The position numbers and the translations under genes are program-made. The notes beneath the pieces are model-generated. The model was given only the letters and a program-made list of their open reading frames with translations, made no database searches and was not told the DNA's origin. From Antedon mediterranea (lineage: Eukaryota > Animalia > Echinodermata): a stretch of DNA of 64,000 nt. Where the stretch lies: NCBI RefSeq assembly GCF_964355755.1, contig NC_092676.1:23082871-23146870 (forward strand), read 5' to 3'. This document shows positions 1-13,041 of the stretch, piece after piece (the first letter of the stretch is position 1; each line of letters begins with the position of its first letter).

Positions 1-2278
1 GCCGTCGTCAATGAAGCACGCGCGCGTATTAAACAAATCAAGCATAAAACAATTAAAAATCTCACCAACTCAAAATCAGCATATCATAAACATACGCAAT
101 TAGTTAGAATCAAAGTAATTAGTCAATCGGATTAGTAGGCCTGTCAAATCGGCTTATATTGTTTTGAATCTATTCAAGTTCTGTATATATGAACTTGGAT
201 AAGACGGTGTTAATTGCTTTTTATAACAACTTATATTTCGCCAGGTGACACAGTTTAGTTTAGTACACAGTATCCTCTTTGTTGCAAAACGTTAGAGTAT
301 AATGCGAGAACTTGTAAAATTATTGTTTTATATATAAGAAAATAAAACAAAATTTAACAGAACCTATATATTTATTGCTTGCTATAATATACAAAGAGGC
401 GCAAATTGTAATGCAAAAGGACATCAAATTAAGCCCAGCCCTTCATTTCACCATTTTTATGCCCTGTGTGCCCCTCCTATTTCAGATCCGCCACTGTTAC
501 ATATTCTTGGAATTGCATGTCACAATGTTGCTACTAGAAGTCCGATAAATTCTAAATGTTTTCGTATGCTATCAAAACCTTTGTTGTTTTTGTTCATTCT
601 TTCAGATGATCAAGTCATAGGCCTATACAAATAAAAACAAGAACTAAACAAAATACATGCACATGCATGTTCTATGAGGAAGGGGTGGGTGGCGTTTATT
701 CGATGGAGGCGTTTATTCAAAGCGGGATACTGTTTATTCGATCAAATAAATACGATGTTTTTAAAATTTGATTTACTGCATTCGAATATATTATTTCTAA
801 ATTATGGAACAAATTGAAGGTGTGAAACCAGCTTATATGCCCAAAGGCTGGCTCCGGGAGCTTACCACAGCTGGGAGGAATGGATGGGCCTTACAATGTC
901 CAAATAATATGGCTAGCTGCACAACAACAACGTAAAAGAATTATACGGAAGAAAACTATGTTTGAGAAACAACTTAAGAAACTTACTTTTAACTACATTC
1001 AAATGCTTGGTATTAAATAACTACTAAGTATTTTGTAAACATCTCTAAGTTTAAAAGTGAGTCAGTCTTTTAACTAAGTGTCACACTGAGTGAGACTTTT
1101 CACACGGGTGTGGTTACTAATGAATCCAAATAATACGAATGGTACTTAAATATAACACCACAATTCTACTTTGTAATTAAGTCAACAGAGACTACAATTT
1201 AAGAACACAATACTCGTAGTCGGTATCTCTTTCAAGTATTGCAACAGGTCAACAAGATTTGACCATTTCAATATGTATTCTTTGTCCTAAGGATTTATCT
1301 TAATGGTTAGAGAGATGCATGTAACTTAGTAGGCCTACTGTGACGTTGTCTGTAAGCTTACAACTTATGTATCCTGTACATTAATTCTCATGAAAAGTAT
1401 ATACTTTAGCTTATAATAATATGCAAACTGTTAAAGCATTTATCATTGGTAATCCCCAATTTTAAATAGAAACCCATCATCGAAACTAGAAAACCAAGAA
1501 CCAAGATAGTTTATTTTAGATAGAAAACGTTTCAATTGTTAATGGTAATAGTATTTCAGAATAGATCTAATAGGGTGAAAGATGGCGCTACCGAAAACAA
1601 CAGACCAGTCTTGATGGTGTGTGGAAAACTTTTCATATATGGCGGCGCCTGTGCGAGGAAGATGAGTGGCGGGTTTATTTTTTTTATAGTATAGACTATT
1701 ATCAACATTAGTTATCTTTTTAAATACATATTTCGTTTTATGCTCAATCCCTCTCCATTCTTATGTGAAATATGGATCAGCCACTACATATGCCTCGTGT
1801 GTAAAATGAACAGACAATAGGCCTACTGTATTAGTTTTATTTTTACACTCCAGTCTAGGCCTATATTTCAGAATGTATAAATGTCATAGAGCATCACATG
1901 TCACTATTGTTTTGCTGACGTGTCATTAAATTGTAGCCTTATGAGCAATAATTAATTTGTTTAAAGTTTTTGTAGGGAAGGGGGATAGAACACCAAGTCC
2001 TCCAACATGACACGTTTCACGTTTGTCAGTTAGGCTAAATATTACCAACTGAAGTGGATACTATTCTGAAGAAGTCCATCGCTGGAATACAGAAAACTGT
2101 CCTCAATATTAGTTTTTATTCGATCAACAGTAGGCCTATAGGCCAATTTACAATAAGCTTACTGCGATTCCTTGTTTAATATAAAAAAAAACCAGATAAA
2201 GCATCAAATAGTTTTTCCTCATATTTGTGCTAGTTCAATAATTTAGTAGTAGGCCTCATCTGGGTTAGGACAACAAAA

Positions 2279-2743
2279 TCAACGCCATGTTTGCCGATCA
2301 GTTTCAGATCTACCACGACCATCACTATATGATGAACCATGTATGCCATGTCTTTGGTTGCGTCCCCCTCCTCCTCTACCACGTTCTCCTCCTCTTCCTC
2401 TCCCCCTTCCACGATCAGTACGATCACGACCACCAAAGGAACGCTGAATAGTACGGAGTTGATTCCTAATCGAACCAAGGATATTTACATCATCCGGGAT
2501 GTGAACGTATCGTATGTGTCGTGCCCTTACATGCAAATTATCAAGACATGAATGGTTTCCATCTTGGTCAGTGTATTCAACATTTTTCATCTGAATGTTC
2601 ATGTATCCATCGACGCTCTCAATTTTGCCGACAATCTCGCATTCATTACGAAGTTCAACTGTGATAATTCTACCTTCAAGTGCCTGTATCAAACATGTTA
2701 AAGAGTTTTGAGATTTCGTGCGCTGTCTGATTGTCATATCCAT
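2279..2743 (-). CDS. LSM10: U7 snRNP-specific Sm-like protein LSm10, with RG-rich C-terminal tail
   Basis: 154-aa intronless ORF. NSLTCLIQALEGRIITVELRNE...G.IESVDGYMNI...RHIRYVHIPDDVNI closely matches remembered vertebrate LSM10 ([22 protein letters not shown]...RNVRYVHIPDDVNI). Confidence 0.93.
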   Translation of the reverse strand: MDMTIRQRTKSQNSLTCLIQALEGRIITVELRNECEIVGKIESVDGYMNIQMKNVEYTDQDGNHSCLDNLHVRARHIRYVHIPDDVNILGSIRNQLRTIQRSFGGRDRTDRGRGRGRGGERGRGGGGRNQRHGIHGSSYSDGRGRSETDRQTWR

Positions 2744-2759
2744 GATAAACTTGAAGTAG

Positions 2760-3190
2760 AAGTAGTTTTTATTGAAGTTTAAAACCCGCTACCGACGTTT
2801 GCTTCGTTCCAATGGAGGCTTCCATTTTTAATGGGAATTGTGGGTAAAAGAAAAGTAAGTTGGTTTTATCAATTTTTCCCAAACTATTTTTTACTATTTA
2901 TGATAAAAAAAGTAATATTTATTTATTAACAACTTTTTTAAATTATGAAACAATTCACATATTTTGCAAAATGTAATAATTGCCACTTATTTATATTGTT
3001 ATTACACGTGATCAATCAGGTGGTGTTCTAACGCGTGAAATGCGGGGTTTCCCCTGATTCAATAGCGGGCGCTCTATAAAAAAAGGGGGATTTTTTTTAG
3101 TCGGAACGTCACCGCGAAATTACAAATCAGGGCCAAATGAAGGTGCAATAGGCTAGACATATTAAAATCATATTAAATCTATTTTTATAA
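2760..3190. promoter_or_regulatory. Putative bidirectional promoter between LSM10 and the FANCG-like gene
   Basis: CpG-enriched island between head-to-head genes. ZNF143/SBS-like TGGGAATTGTGG at ~2832, E-box CACGTG at 3005. A likely non-coding first exon ends at a GTAACT donor (~3191). Confidence 0.6.
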
Positions 3191-3967
3191 GTAACTAAAT
3201 AATGTATTACTTGTAATTTGTATGATATAGTTGTATCCCTCTGTCGTAGTGTTTTGCCTAGCTAGAAACCTAGCCTACTAGTACTACTACTACTAGCCTA
3301 GAGTCTAGGAGGCCTAGTAGCTAGCTAGGGCCTAGCCTAGGCCCTCCTATCCTATAGCTATATAGGCCTAGCCTAGGCTAGGCCTAGCTAAAAGGCTTGT
3401 TAGTTAGAGTAAATTGAAGAAAGGGCTGCTGTGTTGTAGTTAAAATAGCCGAGCTAGGTAGATAGAGGCTAGAGATAGTACTAGTAGTATTACAGGGAGA
3501 TGTAAAATAAATTTATTTTTTATATTTCCATGGGGCCTGGTATTAAATAGGCCATTGTAACATGAATGGGGGGAGTCAAAGGGGAATCCAGTAAAGTACC
3601 TCCCCATCCTGGCTGTATTATTGACATTTGTCGTATTCGAGTGTACTGTTGAGTAGTTTTTCCGTTGAGTACTTCTTTAACGGAGTATTTTGAGCATTGA
3701 GATTGAAAAAGTTTTCTATTCAAATAACTTTCTGTTGAGCACAAATTTACAATTCGAACACAAAAAGTACTTAATGAATATTTACGTTGACAACGAAAGT
3801 TCCCAATCGAATATGACAATTGTATCCCCCTGCCTCCATTCTTTGTCATTAAACTCATAATAATTAATAATAAGTTATATAAGCACAAGTTATTAATTTT
3901 AATTGAATCACAGAGCTCAGGAGACATATATGTTCTTATTCTTTTTCTATAGTATTCAATAAAATAA

Positions 3968-6900
3968 ATGGAAAAGTTAAAGTTGCTACAGCAGGCTTGT
4001 GATCTATTTAAACGAGGAAAGTTTAATCAATGCCAGCAAGAACTAGAGAAGTGCTGTAATCAAGAGGTCACACCTCTACAATGGGTGTTAAAAAACAACC
4101 ATCTTGTATCTAAATCTGTATGTTTAAAATTTAAATGTTTGTGTGCTTTTATTCGAAAATAACAACAATTTATACAGTCAACCAACTCGAAAGAACCACT
4201 ATAACCTTGATAAACCTAAATTGCTTAATTTTTTTAATAGTTTCTAAAACCCAGCATCAATTACATACCCCATGACTAGTATTTTTTTTCATTTCAGTTT
4301 TGTCAGTCTTGTGAAAAAGAAGTAAAGAATGAGTTAAAATACTTGTTATTTCAAGTAAAGGGTAAGTAAAATTTGAGTGAGACAAATATAAATGTATTTA
4401 TTCTTGTCCTCAAGCTTAACTGAAATCTAAGCAAATTCATATTAGGCCCGCCACAGACCTTTGCAGCACCTACCAGATCAGCATCGTCGGGGAGACGATC
4501 CCCTGCCCTTTTCGAATAATATACCAACTTCTTTAACATGTATATGTACACGGACCAACAGCTTTACGTCCCATTCGAAGGGCGCAATCAGTATGGTACA
4601 GATAGGCTAGAACCCATGGCCTATCATTACACCATCACTCTTCGGTATATACAGCACCCGACGCAATTCCTTCAGAAAGCAACCAGGCCCAATTTTGGTT
4701 ATTTGTCGAGAACCAGTGTTTCAACTCAGTATGTTCACAAAGCTTTGATTATGAAACTGTACTGTAAATTTGTATCATACAGAGCCGACTAAAACATAAC
4801 AATTTAACAGAATAACTTCTATAAAGCAATATTTATTTACAATTGAAAATAACTTGAATTGTTTTTTCAGAATATTTTTTATATTATCTTTTTTTTTTCA
4901 GGTATACCACCATCAAGACAGGTTTTACCAGTGGAGTTGGCGTTAACTTTTAACCACTACCTTCTGTTATTCAAACAATATCAATGTAATGAAGATCTTG
5001 TCAGTGTAAAGACAGTGATTGAATCTATTAACAGTACTTGGCTCAGAGGTACATATGTTTGTTATTATTTACTTATACTGGGCGACCTCTTAAGTAAAAG
5101 ACTGGTCTCCCAGGCGACCCAGTTATGATCAGTGTCTGTGATTTACTAGTACACTGGGGTGTGTGAGCCTATTATGTAATTACGGTTCCACTGCCTTAAC
5201 CGCTTGGCCACTCACTTAAGTAACAACTCTATACAGTATGGCAATTTGATTGTTGTTTTCTGGAAACTGATTTGTAATTTTTATGGAAATTCGCAAAACG
5301 TCAATAACCACAATTTAATACTGTATTGATGATATATGAAGATTTTGATAACAATATTGAATGAATGTGGTATGGTGGCCATCTTTAACATTTCCAACAT
5401 TCATGAGTAGAGTATAATGTTTTCAGCTTTTGACTGTATATAACTGAAATACTTTACTTAATTTTCTTCCAGTTTGCCGGGCATCAGATGTGTCAGTTTC
5501 CGATGCAGAGAATTGTGACTATTTGTGTTGTTTTGTCAAAGCCATCTCATGTAGTCTATCGAGTAAGTCAAATTTATACTACTAGATGGTACGCTCGCTT
5601 CGCTCGCGTACCATCTAGGTCATGCCCACAGATGGTTCTCGAAAAATAATAATTTCAGCGTTAAAAAACTGGCGATTTCAAATGTACGTACAATAATACA
5701 TGTCGTTTACAGGAACGAATAAATAGACAATGATTTATGTACTCAACTAAAATTAGCACCCTGAGAATTACTTCCGAAAGAGAAACTTGTCACAAAATGA
5801 GACCAATTGTTTAAGTCAAATTTAAAAAAAATTAATTTGTGTTTTGTATGTAACATTAGGGGTGAGGGATGGGGAAGAGGATGGGTGCAAAGAGGAACAA
5901 TTTTTAAATATATTAAATATATTCTTTATCCATTTAGAAATATTAATTGTTTTCATGTTTTACAAATAATATACCACTAAACACAGTAACACATTGCTAT
6001 GTAATACTTTGTTGAAACTATCACCGTCCTTGTCGATTGAAATAGTACAGTACATGTAACGATACATCACTACGACGTGTATATGTTTGTATAATGTAAA
6101 ACAATTTGTGAAAACCACCTCTATTCGAGGAAAATCATAAATTCGATTTAATCGTCAATAAATATTAAATTATCTAACTCAACTTAATTAGTAGGCCTAA
6201 TGGTTTTCAATTGTTTCTTAGAGCCAATTCATACTTAAGTTGGTTCTTACCCTACCCACCAAAGTTTTTCTGCGTTTAGGGGATGTGATGCACCGTAGGC
6301 CTATCCTGTACTGGCTTTACAACGCTACTCATGCCAGTGAGAGAAGGGTGATGATGTGGGTGGTTTAAATGCAATAATAAAGATTTTTACATAATATACT
6401 GCGACTGAAAACGCTAGCTCATTATCCGTTTAAAAAAAATTATATCCAACCTCTGCAGCACAGATTGAAAAAAAAATGGATCAAATTTCTGTTATGAGTA
6501 TACAGTACTTGCCTTTACGACGCCTGAGGGAATAGACACTTGTGGAACAGAGATTGGAATGTTCCATTCATCGCAAATCAATACATTTGTATAATCGTAT
6601 ATATAATCTATCAAAATAGTATTTTTTAAAGAAAATCGGCCTGTCTTCAACATTATGATGCTGTACTCTAGCTCTTCAACCGGTTTTCAGCTATTAAAAA
6701 CAATTATCGTAGGAGGAGATAGGAAAATGCGAAGCCTCCTCGCATTTTTGTGGCGGGTATTTTTCAAGATGGACATCCATTAGACAGTGTATACCACGAT
6801 TTGAAAACACCCCTATTTGGGGCAAATCGTTGAACCTAAAATCGTTTTAATCGTCAATAACTAATTATCTAACTTAATTTAATTAATAAACAGGGTTACA

Positions 6901-9900
6901 TCAGGTGGTTAAAATCAGTACCGAAATTACGAACCAAATTTATATACCATCGAGTAAAAATTCTAGAAGTAAGGCGCGATTTACCGAATTTTGCCCTTAC
7001 GTAAATTTATATATAGATAATAGTAAAGCAACTTTTCATTTTTTTTCATTTCATTTCTTTATTCGACAACAAGCGGTCCAGGGATTTCGACAGCAACAGA
7101 GCTTATCCCAACACTCCCATATTGCCCTGAGTAACAACTTTTAGTTAATGCTATCATATTGTTTGAGCCTCTGTATATGGACACGATGACATATCACTAC
7201 TATATTTGGGCACATCATATTGTGTTTGTTAAACTAGTTTGATAGTTGTAGACACAGCTTTACCGTAATCGTTAAGCTCTGTCTACACTATCAAGGTATA
7301 TGTGACAATAAAGTTTGATGTGCCCAAATATAGTAGCAATATGCCCAAATAAGGTAATGATATGACATCACATTTTTTTATCACATAAAGTTTGATAGTG
7401 TAGACAGAGCTTAATACTTGTTTCTTCTTCTGTACTTTATTTTTAAGATGCGGACCTACTGACACCAGTACTCCTTCTTGGTTGTCTGCAGAGTGTGTGC
7501 CATCTGGCATGTGGAGACATAGATGAAGCATATACCATTCTTGCAGTAGTTAACAAGAACATGCCTGTTATGATGCAACAGAAATATGTATGTATATCAT
7601 ATATACAGGTACTGCCTGCTTAGAGGTGAAATTTAAGATTTGACATCCTGAAGGAATGATACTTTACATAAATAATATAGTCCATGATGCCATTTTGACC
7701 AATCACTTTCACTTATTAATACAGGCTATTATGATATATTTATTACCTTTATGTAACCACCAGCACTACTAGCACTATACCTCATTGCATCATCCACTTT
7801 ATTTTCACTTTTTTTATTTTACATTCATTTTTTTTGTTATCTTTAATTTATTCTTCTATATTTTGTCCAGAGTCAACATGAGACATCTTCATGATCATCA
7901 TACTGTATTTTACCTGGATAAACTAACAATAGTTTATTCTCGCTTGAAGAGTAGATAATTCATTAAACACCCCTCTCAATAATGGTACTATCCACAAACC
8001 ACCACCATCATCATTTAATTTTAATATTTGCTATACATAAACCTGTAAAGTTACGATACCACAAAATTCAATTGTTGTATTACAATAATTAACATTCACA
8101 CTTTTTTTTAGGTTCAATTTATATTTCTTCAAAACTTCCAAAGCCGCTGTACCACAGAAACAAGAACAAATAAAGAAAGCATTGGTGATAGTCACTGTGT
8201 CCATGCTTGTAAGGTACTTCATGCAGTTGTCCATTCAGTAAAAAAGAAAGATCTGAACTCTGTCATGTCTTTAGTGAAATCTAGTCAACTTGGAAGTCCT
8301 TTGTATTTGTCAACTTGGTACTGGAGTAGTAAGTATATATTTTATAACAGTCTGGTGGTGTGACACTCCATTTTTGTACTTTTGTCTGTTGTCTTGGTCA
8401 ATTCGTTTGGTTTATTAGACTTTTTCCTGGTGTATTTAACAATAACACTTTCTTTCTTTTTACACTTGTGTTAACAGCGCTTAGAGACTATTTGTATTTT
8501 GCGCTATACAAATTTAAAACATTAAACCATTACAAACACAGATCCGAAATATCGGGAGACTTTATGAAAGCATGACCAAACATAGAGAGTGCTTTAATGC
8601 ATCAGACCATAGAGGGCAATATGTCAGGTGGTTTTCAGGCATGGTTTTTCTATATCCAAATGAATCAAAATTTCACTTCATTCTAGAGGAAGGCGAGAGA
8701 ATAACTTAAAATATCGGGGAGACTCCTACCATATTAGGATGGTTAGGAAGTCTGATCAAAAAAAAATTATAGAAAATATGAATTTGACATAATACCATAA
8801 TCATATTAATGTTTTAAAACATTTTCTTGACCCTTACATGGTAACTGCAGATGAAATTTATGTGAATTTTCATTTTTTTAGTGTATAGTTTGTATTTGGA
8901 AGAACAGTACAATGAAGTGACCAATGGCATAAGTGCAATGGTCAGTGGTAAAAAACTGACCACCAGAGACCGGTCTATAGCAACTAACTTACTTGCGTGC
9001 ACACTGATGAAACAGGTCAGTAAAGGGACCATAATAATCTTATGGATATACTATTCACTTTCCTATGAAAAGTGAAATATGTTTTAATACTATGGCTAGC
9101 CCCTATTCAGTGTCATAAAACCATCTTAAGGGTACACTGGTTTGTCCCTAAGTGGTTCTCCTATAGTGGAGCTGTAGCTTGGTGGTTAACATGCTTTTTT
9201 CCAATTGTCCAGAGTTCAATCATGACATAGTGCCAGGGTTGTAACTCACGACTCTTTCAACTCCAAAGCCTCAAATGATACTTAGTTAATAAGCATAATA
9301 AACTATAAAATAGTTTATCCATCCTTTGTGACATTTAAATAAAACGTATTTGTTTGATTTTTTTTTGTTATTGATTCCAGAATAAAGGTACTGCTGCAAT
9401 TGCTTTACTACGTCAATGTTTACAAGATGAATTTTCTTATTTGTTACCATTGTACAACTTGGCATTGATGTATGGGAAGCAGGGGCAAGTTGCAGCTAAG
9501 CTAGAGACATTGCATCTACTAACAATGGTAAGATTTGGAGAATTTAACCTATGAGAAGGGTATGCTACACCCTGGCATTGGCAGACTTTATTTATATATT
9601 GATATTGTGATATTGTAGTCTTTAAAAACGTTTTCATAATTTTCCATTTTTATTGTTTATATTTGTAATTTGGACTTCAAGGAAGAACAATGTACAAATA
9701 TTGAATGAATATCCAGAATAAAGAAAGATTTCTATCTATCTATCTATACAATATCCTCTGGTATAATCTCACCCCTTAGAACACAAATTTGGGCCGACTT
9801 TGGATGATAGGAGTATACCTAGGGAAACCGTGGTTCAGGAAAAACATGATTTTTAAGCATTTCTTGTAAAAACTCATCTGAACTGGCTAGAGAGAGGCCT

Positions 9901-12307
9901 ACATTCTATGATCAAAGTCAATACTGGAACTATACCCGTGGATATGCCTGTTTGTGAAATCACATAAAGTAAGCGGTAGGATTAGATCAGAAGTGGGATT
10001 ATACCCGAGGATATATGGGTTAGGTTTTTTGTACTGCAGTATCTCTAAAATGTATCTAACTAAAATCGTCTGGTAGGGATAACATGTTGTTCGGGGAAGC
10101 AGTGGTTGTGGTGATGACTATCATCTGGGATTGAAAATTAACTGTAAACTGAAAAAATAATTGCTAAATTTGCATTCACTTTTTAACAGATGCTTGATTA
10201 TTTTACAATTTACTGTACTTTTTTAACGATAGAAAGAATCATACCTTTTTACTACACAGGCTTTACATCAGCAGAATGCACCTTTATTGAAACCTGAGCC
10301 TACTCTGGTTCTCAAGACGACACATCAGAAAAGTAAACAAATGATAGTGGTGAAAAATGTGGTTGAACAAAGGCCAAGTCACTTACTAGTCTTTTACAAG
10401 TTAGCAAAGAGCTGTTTTAATGCTGCCAGGTCTATACATTTCTCTTTTTAAACTTGTCTTCTTTACTTCTACACTATTTTAAGTCTTTAATTTTATATCA
10501 GTACATTGTTGACCAACCCAGTACCATTGATTTTTAAATAGAAAATGTTGTGTTGGAACTTTCCTGCTATAGTCTACCTTCGTTGTCTACCTTGTCATTT
10601 GGCAGGTCCATGACAAGGTAGATGCTCCTTTCTAAATACTTCTATATTTAGTGCTTCTTCTTTTAGTTCCGAATATGTATTTTTATTTTTTAATCTATCA
10701 AGAATATAAGCTATCCTTTTCCTTTCCTTCTTGTTTAACATTCATATCTTCCTTCTATCGTGACAATTTTCAGTAATCTTCCTTCCCTAATTCCTGCTAC
10801 TGTACTGGATTTATTTACATACTTCCATTTTTACACTGGTAATGTGTTTAGGAATACTAATTTTTCTGTAATTTTATCTGGTTGTAATTAGAAAATCTTT
10901 ACTTTTTTATCTTAGATTTTCTGATGCCGCAGACCATTATTTAGATTTACTGTCCTCACTCAACGACACGTCATTTGAATCGGTAAGGTATTAAAATAGT
11001 TACTATCGATAATTCAATATAAATGAAAAAGTCATTTAGATTACAGTCAGTCAAAATATAAGGTTGCTTTTTTTTAGAACAACAGTGGAATAGTTGAAGA
11101 TAACCTACCTTCATTAATAACCATCTACTTTGAGGCTGCTCTGGCACAGGTTAAATCTAGACGGTTGTCTGATGCCCTCTTGATCATCAATAAACTACAA
11201 GAAAAGCTGCCACATCCTCCAGTTTACAAGAGTGATCCTGGACAACTTGATTTGAGAAGTAAAGATGAGGTTACAGAAGAAGTCTTAGAAGAAGTTCCTG
11301 GAAAGAGTGATGGTGTCTTTACCACAATGAAGCGTCCAAGAATGATGTCAAACCACCAGCAATCTGATGTGTCTCTTAATGATGCCTTCTATAGTTATGT
11401 CAAAATCAGTCTTTTGAAGGTGTTTTGTCTTGTGGCATGCCGTCAGAATGAATCCGCCTTGCAGTGCGTTGATACTGTGCTTGATCATCTTGAGAAGTGT
11501 CCTGTAAAGGGTATATCACACACATCAAAAAGACGTAAGTTAGATCAAGGTAAGCGAAATACTTTTCTAATTTTCTATCATAAATATAAATATATCAGAC
11601 ATACACATTTCTATTTTTGTCTTTTTTGCAGATATGCATACTTGTTTGAACCAATCAGGAGATCCCATATTGAGGCTTAAGGCTGAGACGTACAACAATA
11701 AAGCAATCATACTGATTGGTCAAAACAGACTGCAAGAGGCCAATGAACTGCTTTTAAACGGCATTCACTGTTGCCCAGGTATTTAAAAATATATGATTAC
11801 TTTTGACTAATTTATTCTCTTCTAGATTTCCTTAATGATTAACATTTTTTGAAAAATACTTTCGACTAATTTTAATTTTCTCGATTAAAATCATTTGAAT
11901 ATATAAATTAATTGTATTTGATTACTTTTTTTAATTTGTTATTTCCAGGTTTTGTTGATGTTGTTTATAACCACACTTTATTATTAATTAAACTATGCAA
12001 CCAATCAGCAGCGAGTGATAACTGGATACAATTCCGATTTGCTAATGTTGTCTTGAATACTTCAGTGATATCTCATCTGCTATCAAAAAATGCCAGTTCA
12101 TTAAAGTAAGTAAGATTATTTAATAATTTTTTTTTTCTTTTCATTAAATTTATGTGTACAGTATATATAATTGAAAATTATTTTATAAATTTGTTTTACA
12201 GAAATGCAAGGTCATCAATCTCATCTCCTGGAGAAATCCCACAATTTAACCTGTTTATGATGGATAAGTTTGCCCTGGAATTCAAATTAAAAGCTGATAA
12301 AAAATGA
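3968..12307 (+). CDS. FANCG: Fanconi anemia group G-like TPR protein (~735 aa)
   Basis: In-frame GT-AG exons: 3968-4117, 4298-4361, 4902-5048, 5473-5562, 7448-7587, 8112-8328, 8882-9015, 9381-9527, 10260-10429, 10916-10982, 11078-11549, 11632-11778, 11949-12105, 12202-12307 (2208 nt); AATAAA at 12312. Motifs LLFQVKGIPPSRQVLPVELALTFN, DAADHYLDLL, IYFEAALAQVKSRRLSDAL and HCCPG match remembered human FANCG ([53 protein letters not shown], QMCPG). Confidence 0.85.
4420..4740 (-). mobile_element. SINE remnant (Nin-domain-like) in FANCG intron 2
   Basis: GC-richer block containing CCAACAGCTTTACGTCCCATTCGAAGGGCG, which resembles the Nin-SINE core. Boundaries are approximate. Confidence 0.4.
5582..7017 (-). 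mobile_element. Non-autonomous Helitron in FANCG intron 4
   Basis: Minus strand begins TCTATATATAAAT and ends with hairpin CTAGATGGTACGCGAGCGAAGCGAGCGTACCATCTAG. It is inserted between host A and T with no TSD, matching canonical 5'-TC...CTAG-3' ends. Confidence 0.8.
7275..7411. mobile_element. MITE family with AGCTCTGTCTACACTATCAAA TIRs (PIF/Harbinger-like)
   Basis: TIR AGCTCTGTCTACACTATCA...TGATAGTGTAGACAGAGCT flanked by TTA/TAA. Related copies at ~7170-7260, ~19494, ~21120-21170, ~41715-41818, ~51810-51955 and ~63568-63672. Confidence 0.75.
9168..9330 (+). mobile_element. tRNA-derived SINE
   Basis: A-box-like TAGCTTGGTGG and degenerate B-box. The body is shared with 48713-48885 (AGGGTTGTAACT.AC.ACTCTTTCAACTCC...TATAAAATAGTTTATCCATCCT). 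Confidence 0.7.
10555..10830 (-). mobile_element. 3' fragment of a LINE (RTE-like)
   Basis: Minus strand encodes TYSELKEEALNIEVFRK, resembling the C-terminus of RTE-type ORF2. Similar degraded tails occur at ~800-950 (+) and ~61740-61960 (+). Confidence 0.45.
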
Positions 12308-13041
12308 CAACAATAAAAGGAAATATGATATAAAGTCTAAAGAAGAAATACATTTTAATCTATTGACTGGATTACATTATAAAAGATGTATAAATGAATT
12401 TTATTTACAAATAAATTAATATACATAATTACTGTGTATATAAATTTAAAAAGTATTACATTTTTATTGTAATTTTTAGATCTTATCAATATAAAAAACA
12501 AAGAATTCATACTGTACACACAGAATGTTACAGTGTAAAGTTTGATGCACTCTCTTGCGCGCGTCAGCGTAAAGCTGAGAACGCATACGCATATCCGGTC
12601 CAAAAGTTACTTTACGCGTACGCGTTTACGGTAGGCGCACGCGTTTCCGGTAGGGCGCTCGCCATCCTACGATGACGTGCTCTCTTATTCATTTGGTTTA
12701 GCGCCCTCAGTGTTTTCAATTATAAGTTTCCCGCTTTTCATTCGTTTTTCTCAGTTATATTTGATATAAAAAAAGCTTTTATGGATAATTTTAAAATGAA
12801 CAGTCACTTAAGCCTAAACTATTGTTTTCTTTTCTTTACATAACAAAGTCATTCAATAGAATTATGGAAATCCATAAATAATAATCCTCGCCTCTCTTTT
12901 TGTCACCCACATTTTGAGGTCATGTAAATGAAGGCGGGGTCAAATTGAGTATTCAGAATCTACGGGCAATCGTGAATGTTCAAACATTCTCTTAGCTTTG
13001 AGTAGGGAATTGTAAGTTGATTTTACGATTAAATTTTCAAA

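Noticed and set aside
1224-1266. U7 snRNA candidate near LSM10 (ATCTCTTTCAAG followed by a GGTCAA/TTGACC hairpin)
   Set aside because: It lacks the U7-type Sm site (U-rich...UCUAG) and the hairpin is only 6 bp; likely chance.
2230-2551. ORFs overlapping LSM10 (82 aa -, 70 aa +)
   Set aside because: They are shadow frames of the low-complexity RG tail.
7871-7984. Phase-0 exon-like segment in FANCG intron 5
   Set aside because: It has four in-frame stops, and the flanking exons join in frame without it.
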